Below are positions 10,138-17,929 of a DNA stretch of 64,000 nt, one piece after another; position 1 is the stretch's first letter; each line of letters opens with the position of its first letter. Source of the stretch: an uncultured archaeon (lineage in GTDB: Archaea > Aenigmatarchaeota > Aenigmatarchaeia > CAZXUR01); NCBI GenBank assembly GCA_964644245.1, contig CAZXUR010000003.1:16585-80584 (forward strand), in the 5' to 3' direction. The translations under genes and the position numbers were made by a program. Below the pieces are notes generated by a model. It saw nothing but the letters and a program-made list of their open reading frames with translations, was not told where the DNA came from and searched no databases.

Positions 10138-10278
10138 TCAAACACCAGAATAAAGGTCGTTTCTATACCTCTTGTTAACCACTGAAATATTTAAAGGTTA
10201 CGTTGGATGCACGAGAACTGGCTGGCTTCTAGGAAAGTACTTTCACAAACTTTTAATTCACCCCTGACAACTATTCAT

Positions 10279-11961
10279 ATGCGTTTAAAGGCCTTGTTGC
10301 TGGTGCTCCTGCTGGTCCTTTTGTTGGTCCCATCTGCATCTGCCAGGTCGCTCACCTGGTGCCGCTCCATGGACATAGACTTGTCGGTTGAAGGAACACT
10401 AGAACTGACGTCAAACGGGAGGAACATAGGAGAGTCTTTGACTGCCAACCTGACCATGTTCCCCACCGAAGTGGAAATACTGACTGCTGACTACTTTCCA
10501 GACGGCTATCAGGTGGGAGAAGGATACGTGTTCTACACCTGGTCCAAACCAGGACTCGGCGACAAGGAATTCGGGTACGACATGCAGCTGAAAAACACCA
10601 ATCAGTTCGTGCCCCTCCGGGAGAAGTACCCGTTCCCCGTGGACTATTCCGGTCCCTACATACAGGAAAGCAAAACCGTGGAGATAAACGAGGAGACCAG
10701 GCGAATCGCGTCAGAGATATCATCAGGCAAAGACGACCTCTACCAGGTGGTGGTGGACACAGGAAAGTGGGTCAACGAGAACTTGGAGTATGATTTGACT
10801 TACGGCCAGACCGTGGAGAATACGTCCACCATATTGGAGACCAGGAAGGGAGTGTGCGACGAATTCTCAAACCTGTACATGTCACTCCTCCGTTCGGTGG
10901 GAGTACCCGCCAGGTATGTGGGCGGAATCGCCTACACCAACAGAGAACAGGAATTCTCTTCCCATGGCTGGATAGAAGTATTGTTCGGAGACCGCTGGAT
11001 ACCGTTCGACCCCACTTACAGCCAGCTGGGTCATCTGGACACAAGTCACGTAAAGCTCAAGGTATCTGACGACCCGTCCAGGGGCGCGGTCATGTATCAT
11101 CTCTTTGGAGACGGGTTTGGTCTGGAGGTCGGCCAGCTGACTTCCGAGGCAGAGTATACTTCGACATACGGCTCTGTAGACAAGGACGTAGACCTGGACC
11201 TGGACTTGGTTCAGGATAAAGTTGGAATCGGAAGTTACGTACTCGCGGAAGCCACGGTCAGGAACTTGAGGGACTATTACAATCCCACGGTGGTCTACCT
11301 CTCCAGGACACCGGAAGTGGTGGGAGAGAACATCAAACCAGTACTGCTGAAGCCAGAAGAAACTAGGAAGGTCTATTGGACCGTAAAGATACCAGACGAT
11401 TTGGACCCCAACTTCCTATACACCTACCGAATCCAGGCGTCCACGCTTGAGAACTGGAGTTCCACACGGGATATGGAGGTGAGCAGGACTCACACTACCT
11501 ATTCTTTGGACCAGATAGAAATTGAGGAATCGGGTTCTGACAAGAACTATAACAGAGAAGTGTCCTTCTGGTGTGAGACCGGGAATACCTACAAGCCTTT
11601 GCCCGCGGAAATAACCTGCCATCTGAAGAACGAGGGAAACGTGGTCCTGACCGAACTGGAGGTGTGTGTCGATGACATTTGCAAGACCGAAAGCCTGTTC
11701 ATAAACGAGGAAAGGGATGTAGAGTTCGAGTACACAGACTATCAAGTGGGGGAGAACCGGGTAGAAGTGACCGTGTCCAATCCGCAGATAAGCAGAAGTT
11801 CGGACCTGCTGTTCAATGTAAAAGAACCGACCATACTTGACAGAATAATGCGTGTCATTTCCATGCTTCTGTCCAGGCTCAGTTCCATCACCGGCTCGTT
11901 CGTCTCTGAAACAGATTTTGAGAACATAGAAGTGGACCTTCCTTCCAGGAGTTTTCAGTGA
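10279..11961 (+). CDS. secreted transglutaminase-like cysteine protease domain protein
   Basis: Classical signal peptide MRLKALLLVLLLVLLLVPSASA (ORF-track start 10207 is probably upstream of the TSS); transglutaminase core KGVCDEFSNLYMSLLRSVGVPARYVGG...HGWIEV...D; AT-rich TATA-like element at about 10187-10196. Confidence 0.75.
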   Translation: MRLKALLLVLLLVLLLVPSASARSLTWCRSMDIDLSVEGTLELTSNGRNIGESLTANLTMFPTEVEILTADYFPDGYQVGEGYVFYTWSKPGLGDKEFGYDMQLKNTNQFVPLREKYPFPVDYSGPYIQESKTVEINEETRRIASEISSGKDDLYQVVVDTGKWVNENLEYDLTYGQTVENTSTILETRKGVCDEFSNLYMSLLRSVGVPARYVGGIAYTNREQEFSSHGWIEVLFGDRWIPFDPTYSQLGHLDTSHVKLKVSDDPSRGAVMYHLFGDGFGLEVGQLTSEAEYTSTYGSVDKDVDLDLDLVQDKVGIGSYVLAEATVRNLRDYYNPTVVYLSRTPEVVGENIKPVLLKPEETRKVYWTVKIPDDLDPNFLYTYRIQASTLENWSSTRDMEVSRTHTTYSLDQIEIEESGSDKNYNREVSFWCETGNTYKPLPAEITCHLKNEGNVVLTELEVCVDDICKTESLFINEERDVEFEYTDYQVGENRVEVTVSNPQISRSSDLLFNVKEPTILDRIMRVISMLLSRLSSITGSFVSETDFENIEVDLPSRSFQ

Positions 11962-11962
11962 T

Positions 11963-13420
11963 TCAGTAAGCTCTTGAGATGTACACGATTTCCTTCGCCT
12001 TCTTACCGCAGACTACGCACTTGTCCTTCTTCTTGGGTTTCTCCTTGTTGCCGAATAACTTGCCCCTGATTTCCGCGTTCAGTTCCTTCTCCACCTTCTC
12101 TGCGCACTTCTCTCCTTTCTTGTCTATAGAACAGAACGGCGCTTTGACGAAGCCTTTCTTGAGCAGTTTCTTTACGTCTTTGAAAATCTTTGCCTCGTTG
12201 GTCCCGTTGACCAGCTCGCTCTCTGCCCTCTTCTTCAGGTCCAAATATATGACGTTCAGGACGTCCTTGATGCGCTTCTCCAGGTCGTCCTCTTCTTCAA
12301 CCACTATTTTCTCTCCGGTGTCCCTTCTGACCAGGACCAGTTGCTCCTTCTTCACTTCCTTTGGCCCGATTTCTATCCTCAGTGGAACTCCCTTCAATTC
12401 CCAGTCGTTGAACTTGAATCCTGGCCTCCGGTTGCGGTCGTCGAGTTTGACGCGAAACTCGTCCTCCAATCTGCCTAAGACCTCACCGCACTTCTCCATC
12501 ACTTTTTTCTTCTGCTCCTTCTTCAGTATGGGCACGATGACTACTTGGACGGGAGCGACTTCTGGAGGGAGGAGCAGTCCTTTGTCATCTCCATGCACCG
12601 CTATTACGGCCCCCAGTATTCGTGAAACACCCGGACCAAAGCAGGTCTGGTACGCGAGTTTCTTGCCTCCCTTTTTGGTGGCGTACTTGATGTCAAAGAC
12701 CTTTGCGAATTTCTGTCCGAGGTTGTGGGTGGAAGATATTTGGAGGGATTTGTTGTCGGGCATGAGAACGTCGTAGGCGTAAGAGCTTTCAGCTCCCGGG
12801 AACTTATCCCACTCAGGTCGCTGGAAAAGGTAGAAAGCCAGTCCAAGTTTCTCCTCAAACACTTCCTTGGAAATCTCCATATCCTCCTTGACCTGTTTCA
12901 ATGCGGATTTCTTATCCCTCTGAACGGTGTGAGCCTCTGTCCAGAAGAACTCGCGACCGCGCAAAAGGGGCTTGGTCATCTTTGTCTCGTAGCGGTAGAC
13001 CTGGCAGGACTGATACCTCTTCAAAGGCAGGTCCTTGTGGGAGCGCACCCACAGGGAGTAGAGCGGGTAAATAGCAGTTTCGGAAGTAGGCCTCAGGCAC
13101 ATCTTCTCGTCAAGTTTGTTCTTTCCGCTGTGTGTGATCCAGAACACTTCTTCCTCGAATCCTTTGATATGTTCCTTCTCTTTCTTGAGGTTCTCCTCGG
13201 GTATTAGTACTGGGAATTGGACTGGCTGGTGGTCTTCCTCTTCCAGTTCTTCCTCCAGGGCCTCTGTTATCTCCCTTATCAGAAACATGCCCCAGGGCTT
13301 GTAGACTTCCATACCCTTTATCGAGTACCTCTGGTCGACTATCTCCCCTTTCTTCACCAGGTCCAGATACCACTTTCCGAACTTACTTTTCTTATGTTTG
13401 AGTCCCAACTTCTCTGACAT
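11963..13420 (-). CDS. proS: prolyl-tRNA synthetase (archaeal/eukaryotic type)
   Basis: About 485 aa from MSEKLGLKHKK; class II ProRS core and C-terminal Zn-binding CVVCGKKA; the track ORF has a 19-aa spurious N-extension. Confidence 0.9.
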   Translation of the reverse strand: MSEKLGLKHKKSKFGKWYLDLVKKGEIVDQRYSIKGMEVYKPWGMFLIREITEALEEELEEEDHQPVQFPVLIPEENLKKEKEHIKGFEEEVFWITHSGKNKLDEKMCLRPTSETAIYPLYSLWVRSHKDLPLKRYQSCQVYRYETKMTKPLLRGREFFWTEAHTVQRDKKSALKQVKEDMEISKEVFEEKLGLAFYLFQRPEWDKFPGAESSYAYDVLMPDNKSLQISSTHNLGQKFAKVFDIKYATKKGGKKLAYQTCFGPGVSRILGAVIAVHGDDKGLLLPPEVAPVQVVIVPILKKEQKKKVMEKCGEVLGRLEDEFRVKLDDRNRRPGFKFNDWELKGVPLRIEIGPKEVKKEQLVLVRRDTGEKIVVEEEDDLEKRIKDVLNVIYLDLKKRAESELVNGTNEAKIFKDVKKLLKKGFVKAPFCSIDKKGEKCAEKVEKELNAEIRGKLFGNKEKPKKKDKCVVCGKKAKEIVYISRAY

Positions 13421-13452
13421 AACAACACTTTGCGGACAATTATATAAAAAGA

Positions 13453-13554
13453 TGGGTCCGGTGAGATTTGAACTCACGTCTCAGACTCCCGAAGCCTGGA
13501 TCCTAGACCATTCTAGGCTGCTGTAGTGGCAGCAGCTAACTAGACTACGGACCC
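13453..13554 (-). tRNA. tRNA-Pro (anticodon CGG) with about 29-nt intron in the D-loop
   Basis: Manual fold: acceptor GGGTCCG/CGGACCC, A73, T-arm GTGAG-TTCAAAT-CTCAC, anticodon arm CAGGC-TTCGGGA-GTCTG (CGG, G37); the extra hairpin GCTGCTG..CAGCAGC sits inside the D-loop; no encoded CCA. Confidence 0.7.
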
Positions 13555-13593
13555 TCTCAGAAGAATACGCACAAAAAGTTAATAAGCGTTATA

Positions 13594-13706
13594 TGGGCCC
13601 ATCGAGATTTGAACTCGAGTCTAATGCTGTTCAGCGACTTCCCATTGTTGCCATCCGGGAAACCTCGTCCCTAAGCACTGATGCTACCAAGCTACACCAT
13701 GGGCCC
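13594..13706 (-). tRNA. tRNA-Pro-like (anticodon AGG after canonical BHB intron removal; identity tentative)
   Basis: Acceptor GGGCCCA/TGGGCCC, A73, D-arm GTGT-AGCTTGGTA-GCAT, T-arm TCGAG-TTCAAAT-CTCGA, anticodon stem AGTGC/GCATT; exon loop TTAGGG|40-nt intron|A with H helix TTAG/CTGA and 3-nt bulges GGA and ACA (canonical 37/38 BHB). Confidence 0.55.
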
Positions 13707-13734
13707 TGTTAGAATTCTCATATGGCCTAAAGCT

Positions 13735-14118
13735 TTAAACGTTTCTCTCGCCGGAAACGATTTGTTCTTTGAACTCTTCCAGTCTTTCGATGGCTCTTTC
13801 CAGGGGAGTTCCTCTGATTCTTTCGGTGAACCCGGAGTAGTAGCCCTTCTCTGCCTTCTTTTCTATGTACCTGAAAGTCTTGAGAAAGGATATCACCGCC
13901 TTGAGCTGGACAACCCTTGCCTTGTCCTCTGTTTTGGAGTCTTCCGCGTTTATTTCGTCACGGCAGGCACCGATTATTGAATTTGCGTTAATGCCGTCCA
14001 TGTATTTGCAGCCGCCCGGACCCCAGGTCATCTTGTCTGCCCCTACCGGACAGACCCATTCCATTTTCTTTGTCTCGGTCTTCTTCTCTTTCCGGTCGCT
14101 CATCTTCCTTCCAAACAT
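13735..14118 (-). CDS. hypothetical Cys-containing protein (127 aa)
   Basis: ORF with WVCPVGADKMTWGPGGCKY...GACRDE segment; no family assigned. Confidence 0.45.
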   Translation of the reverse strand: MFGRKMSDRKEKKTETKKMEWVCPVGADKMTWGPGGCKYMDGINANSIIGACRDEINAEDSKTEDKARVVQLKAVISFLKTFRYIEKKAEKGYYSGFTERIRGTPLERAIERLEEFKEQIVSGERNV

Positions 14119-14126
14119 GATTTAAA

Positions 14127-14915
14127 TTGTATCCGTCTGTATATATTGTTATGGAAATCCCGGCTTACGAGGTCATCGGCTCCAGGGAAAAGGCCGTGGC
14201 CATAGTGGAGATACCCGAGGAAAGGGAGAAAGAGGAGAAGAAGATAGCTGAGTCCATCGCTTCCCGCCACAAGAACGTGAAAACCGTCTTAAAGAAGGAA
14301 AGCGAGAGAAAGGGTGTTTTTAGGAAGAGGAAGTATAAGAAGCTCTTTGGAAGGTCTTCAGAGGTAAAGCACAAAGAATTTGGCGTTAAATACGAACTGG
14401 ACCCCAGAAAGGTCTACTTTTCTCCCAGAGACGGTGCCGAAAGGAACCGTATACTCAAATTCATCCAGCCGGGAAACGTGGTCATGGTGTTCTTTGCCGG
14501 GGTGGGTCCTTATCCCATCATGATTTCAAAGAAGACTGAGGCGTCGAGAGTGACGGGCATAGAGAAGAATCCTCAGGCGGTGAAGTACTTCAAGCGGAAT
14601 GTGAAGTTGAACAAAGTCGACGTGGAAGTGGTCTACGGAGACGTAAAAAAGAAGGCCAGGCCTTACTATAATTCTTGCGACCACGTTTTCATGCCCATGC
14701 TGGAGAACTGTAAGAAGTACCTGACAGATGCAAAGAAGTGCCTAACCAAAGGAGGTCTTATCCATTTCTATTGCGTGGTGGAAAACGGGGACTATGATTA
14801 TTGGATAAAGAGGATAGAAAAGAAGTTGGGTAAGATTAAAGTGGTGGACAAACAGAAGGTGCACGCCTACGCCCCGGGCAAGGAAAAGTCGAGGATAAGT
14901 TTCCGGGTGTGTTAG
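14127..14915 (+). CDS. tRNA methyltransferase of the Trm5/Taw2 (COG2520, Met-10+) family
   Basis: 262 aa; FAGVGPYPI SAM-binding motif and overall Trm5/Taw2 architecture; immediately upstream of and translationally coupled to taw1 (TAGATG junction). Confidence 0.8.
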   Translation: MYPSVYIVMEIPAYEVIGSREKAVAIVEIPEEREKEEKKIAESIASRHKNVKTVLKKESERKGVFRKRKYKKLFGRSSEVKHKEFGVKYELDPRKVYFSPRDGAERNRILKFIQPGNVVMVFFAGVGPYPIMISKKTEASRVTGIEKNPQAVKYFKRNVKLNKVDVEVVYGDVKKKARPYYNSCDHVFMPMLENCKKYLTDAKKCLTKGGLIHFYCVVENGDYDYWIKRIEKKLGKIKVVDKQKVHAYAPGKEKSRISFRVC

Positions 14916-15800
14916 ATGGACAAGAGTCGCTATGAGAAGTCGGGTTACCGGTTCGTTGGTAACCACTCGGCGGTCAAGGTCTGTCTGTGGACCAAGAAAA
15001 GTCTCAGAAACAAAGGCTATTGCTACAAACAGAAGTTCTATGGAATTTCAACACATCGCTGCCTGCAGATGACACCTGCTTTCCCCTTCTGCACCCAGAG
15101 GTGCAGATTCTGTTGGAGAAACACGAAGAACACCATACCCGAGTGGAAGGGACCGGTGGACGAACCTGCGGACATACTGGACGGGTGCATAGAGAAGCAG
15201 CGCGAGCTGTTGTCAGGGTTCCTGGAGAACAAGACAGAGAAGGTCATGGAAGCCCTGGAGCCGAACCAGGTGGCTATTTCTCTTGCAGGCGAACCGACCA
15301 TGTATCCCAAGATTTCCGAGCTGGTGGAAGAAGTACTGAACCGGAAGATGACCGCCTTCCTGGTCTCCAACGGGACTTTCCCCGGAGTCATCAAAGACTT
15401 GGTTGAGCCTACTAACTTGTACATAACACTGGCAGCACCCAACAAGAAAGTTTACCAACAGACATGCCAACCGCTGTTGAAGGACGGGTGGGAGAGGTTG
15501 CAGCAGTCCTTATCTCTCCTCAAGAACTTCGACTGCAACACGGTAGTACGCCTTACACTGGTCAAGGACCTGAACATGGTGAAACCGGAGGAATACGCAG
15601 AGATACTCGAGAAGGCTGCTCCGGACTTCGTGGAGCCCAAGGCTTTCATGTCCGTGGGCTTCTCCAGGGAGCGATTGCCTTACTCAAGGATGCCCAGGCA
15701 CAAAGAGATAAGGGAGTTCGCGGAGAGAATCGCAGACGCGTCTTCCTACGAAGTTGCTGACGAGAAGAGGGAGTCACGGGTAGTCCTGCTGAAAAGGTAA
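14916..15800 (+). CDS. taw1: tRNA 4-demethylwyosine synthase Taw1 (TYW1-like radical SAM)
   Basis: 294 aa; CTQRCRFCW radical-SAM cluster motif and second Cys cluster typical of TYW1/Taw1. Confidence 0.85.
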   Translation: MDKSRYEKSGYRFVGNHSAVKVCLWTKKSLRNKGYCYKQKFYGISTHRCLQMTPAFPFCTQRCRFCWRNTKNTIPEWKGPVDEPADILDGCIEKQRELLSGFLENKTEKVMEALEPNQVAISLAGEPTMYPKISELVEEVLNRKMTAFLVSNGTFPGVIKDLVEPTNLYITLAAPNKKVYQQTCQPLLKDGWERLQQSLSLLKNFDCNTVVRLTLVKDLNMVKPEEYAEILEKAAPDFVEPKAFMSVGFSRERLPYSRMPRHKEIREFAERIADASSYEVADEKRESRVVLLKR

Positions 15801-15830
15801 CCTTTTAAACTTTCAGAAATCACCCTTTTT

Positions 15831-16337
15831 ATGGACGTGTTCACGGTCGGGCGTTTCCAGCCCTATAATCGCTCACACAAGGACGTCTTTGAGAAGATGA
15901 GCGAATTTGGAGAATCGGCAGTGGGAATGCTGGTCGGTCCCACTTCTTACGACAACCCCTTCAGGTACGATGAGAGAAGAGAAATGGTGGGGAAGGATGT
16001 GGGCGAGGTTTTTCCACTGGAATTGACTCTCAACTTGTTTGACTTTAGAAAACAGGTCATGTCAAGAGTTGGTGAATCTCGTTTCTACACCCGGGACAAG
16101 GATTCAAAGATTCTTTTTGAGGCATTTGGCTTTCCTGTATCTTATGAGAGCAGGGACGGTATTTCGAGCTCGGATGTGAGGGAGAGTCTATTCTCTGAAG
16201 AACCGGATTGGCAAGACATGGTGGATGAGAAAACGGTTGAAGTAATAAACAGGCCTGATGTCCAAACAAGGCTTGAAAGCTTGGAAAAAGGGAGAACTCC
16301 TATCAGTAAAGTCAGGAAGTATATTAGTCTTGTATGA
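15831..16337 (+). CDS. nicotinamide-nucleotide adenylyltransferase-like protein (NadM family, degenerate HxGH motif)
   Basis: 168 aa, same length as archaeal NMNAT; GRFQPYNRSH aligns to GRFQPFHKGH, DNPFRYDER to ENPFTAGER, ISSSDVRESL to the SGTEIRR motif. Confidence 0.6.
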   Translation: MDVFTVGRFQPYNRSHKDVFEKMSEFGESAVGMLVGPTSYDNPFRYDERREMVGKDVGEVFPLELTLNLFDFRKQVMSRVGESRFYTRDKDSKILFEAFGFPVSYESRDGISSSDVRESLFSEEPDWQDMVDEKTVEVINRPDVQTRLESLEKGRTPISKVRKYISLV

Positions 16338-16833
16338 CCTTTTTCCCGTTTTTCTGCGGGACGATGCGTACTTTTCCCTTGAACTCCTTGTCCAGTTCCT
16401 TTCCCTTGAAGCAGCGGTCCAGGAAGATTGCGAGGGCAGCCACTTCTGAATGCGGCTGGGTGGTGACAGAAATATTGTGGTCTGCGAGTTCGTAAACTTC
16501 CGGAGGCACTTTCTCCCCTCCTATTACAACCAACAGGTTTTTTTCCTTCCTGATTTTCGTGATGTTCTTTTCTACAGGAAGACCGTACACGGTTAAATGA
16601 ACTTTCAGCCCTTCGAAGTTTTTCAGGACCTTTCTCCACTTCTTTTCATGTTTTACTTCAAAGTCCCCGCCGAACCTTTCCACCACGTCTCTGACACTGT
16701 CCTCAAAACCCTGGTCCCTTTCCCCTGAGTAGAGCATCGCATCAGCTCCGAACGCTCTTGCGACCAAAGCGCAGTGGGTAGTGGTCCTGGCGTCCCTTCC
16801 GGTTCTGTGGCCCAACCTCAATACGGTTATCAT
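16324..16833 (-). CDS. trm56: tRNA (cytidine56-2'-O)-methyltransferase aTrm56 (SPOUT)
   Basis: 169 aa; N-terminal LRLGHRTGRDARTTTHCALVARAFGA signature of aTrm56. Confidence 0.85.
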   Translation of the reverse strand: MITVLRLGHRTGRDARTTTHCALVARAFGADAMLYSGERDQGFEDSVRDVVERFGGDFEVKHEKKWRKVLKNFEGLKVHLTVYGLPVEKNITKIRKEKNLLVVIGGEKVPPEVYELADHNISVTTQPHSEVAALAIFLDRCFKGKELDKEFKGKVRIVPQKNGKKVIQD

Positions 16834-16865
16834 GACTAAGAATAAACAAAAGGATTTATAAAGGA

Positions 16866-17297
16866 CTACAGCAGCTTGGCTGCCACTATGCCGCCCAGCA
16901 GGTATATGACCAGGTTCTCCATGGTCCAGACCGCAATCAACATCACCGGTAATCTGATTAGCAGATAAGTCGAAAGCGCTCCTGGTATGCCCGCCAAGAG
17001 GAAGACAAAAAACCCGTAGTGTATCCCTCTCTTGACGTCTGTCTCCCCGTGTATGGCCGGTTTGACGTGGCTGTAGACGACCATGAACAAAAGGCCTGTC
17101 ACGAAGCTAAAGGCGATAGAGTGATAGTAGAAGTCAGCACCGGGTGCGCCTCCTTCAGGCATCATCACATCACTCCAGACATGCATGTAAGCCGGGTCAG
17201 CGTAGTAGTCCATGGTCGCGAACGTGCCTGCGGAGTGCACGACAATCGCGATTATCAAAAAGGCTGCAGCAGCCATTGTCTCCTTTTTCCAATCCAT
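16866..17297 (-). CDS. integral membrane protein, about 4 TM
   Basis: 143 aa with four hydrophobic helices; no family assigned. Confidence 0.6.
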   Translation of the reverse strand: MDWKKETMAAAAFLIIAIVVHSAGTFATMDYYADPAYMHVWSDVMMPEGGAPGADFYYHSIAFSFVTGLLFMVVYSHVKPAIHGETDVKRGIHYGFFVFLLAGIPGALSTYLLIRLPVMLIAVWTMENLVIYLLGGIVAAKLL

Positions 17298-17309
17298 GTT
17301 TGCCTCCTA

Positions 17310-17441
17310 TAGCCCCGAACGGATTCGAACCGTTGTCAATGGGTATCTCTCATCCGGGCAAAGCCCTCGAAGTTTCAGTCAGATGACCAAAACCCACCAT
17401 CTTATCAGTCGCGAGACTCTTGACCTCTAGACTACGGGGCT
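17310..17441 (-). tRNA. tRNA-Gln (anticodon UUG) with two introns
   Basis: Acceptor AGCCCCG/CGGGGCT, A73, T-arm AACGG-TTCGAAT-CCGTT, anticodon stem GTGGG/CCCAT, exon loop TTTTGG|41-nt intron|A with BHB (H helix TTTT/AGAG, bulges GGT and ATA); a further 17-nt insertion with hairpin AGTC-TCGC-GACT between the D-arm and anticodon stem. Confidence 0.6.
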
Positions 17442-17477
17442 GTTAGAATTAATTTATCAACGAACTTTAATAGGTTT

Positions 17478-17879
17478 CTACTCGCCTTTTACCTCTTTCA
17501 GCACGCCTTGGAAGTCCTCTTCCTCGTAGTCGCTCTTGGGGAACGCGCTGAGGCCGTCACCTTCGTTCCTGGGTATCACGTGGAAATGTAAGTGGGACAC
17601 GACTTGGCCGGCTGGTGTTCCGGACGCGTTGAGTACGTTAACACCATCCGCGTTGAGACCTTCCTTGAGCATCGCCACGACTTTCTTGATGGTCGAAGCG
17701 ACTGCCTTGAGTTCGTCCTCCGGTGTGTCAAAGACGTTCTCGTGATGTTCCTTTGGTATAACCAGGGCATGGCCTCTGGCAACCGGACTGTTGTCCAGGA
17801 ACGCGACCGTCTTCTCGTCTTCAAAGACTTTGTGGCTCTCTGCGTCTCCTTTAGCGATTTTACAAAAGATACAATCCAT
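17478..17879 (-). CDS. HIT-family (histidine triad) nucleotide hydrolase
   Basis: Starts MDCIFCKI; HLHFHVIP histidine triad; the track ORF has a 6-aa N-extension. Confidence 0.85.
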   Translation of the reverse strand: MDCIFCKIAKGDAESHKVFEDEKTVAFLDNSPVARGHALVIPKEHHENVFDTPEDELKAVASTIKKVVAMLKEGLNADGVNVLNASGTPAGQVVSHLHFHVIPRNEGDGLSAFPKSDYEEEDFQGVLKEVKGE

Positions 17880-17929
17880 ACCAATATTAATCAACAACTC
17901 TTTTATATTCTTCGTCTCAAATTAGTGTT

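Noticed and set aside
13594-13706. Alternative reading of the second tRNA as tRNA-Leu(UAG) using anticodon stem CAGTG/CGCTG
   Set aside because: That fold leaves no position 26, gives a D-stem with two mismatches, and gives a 13-nt variable arm that cannot form a stem. It also has no BHB at the implied splice sites. The AGTGC/GCATT fold gives a canonical BHB.
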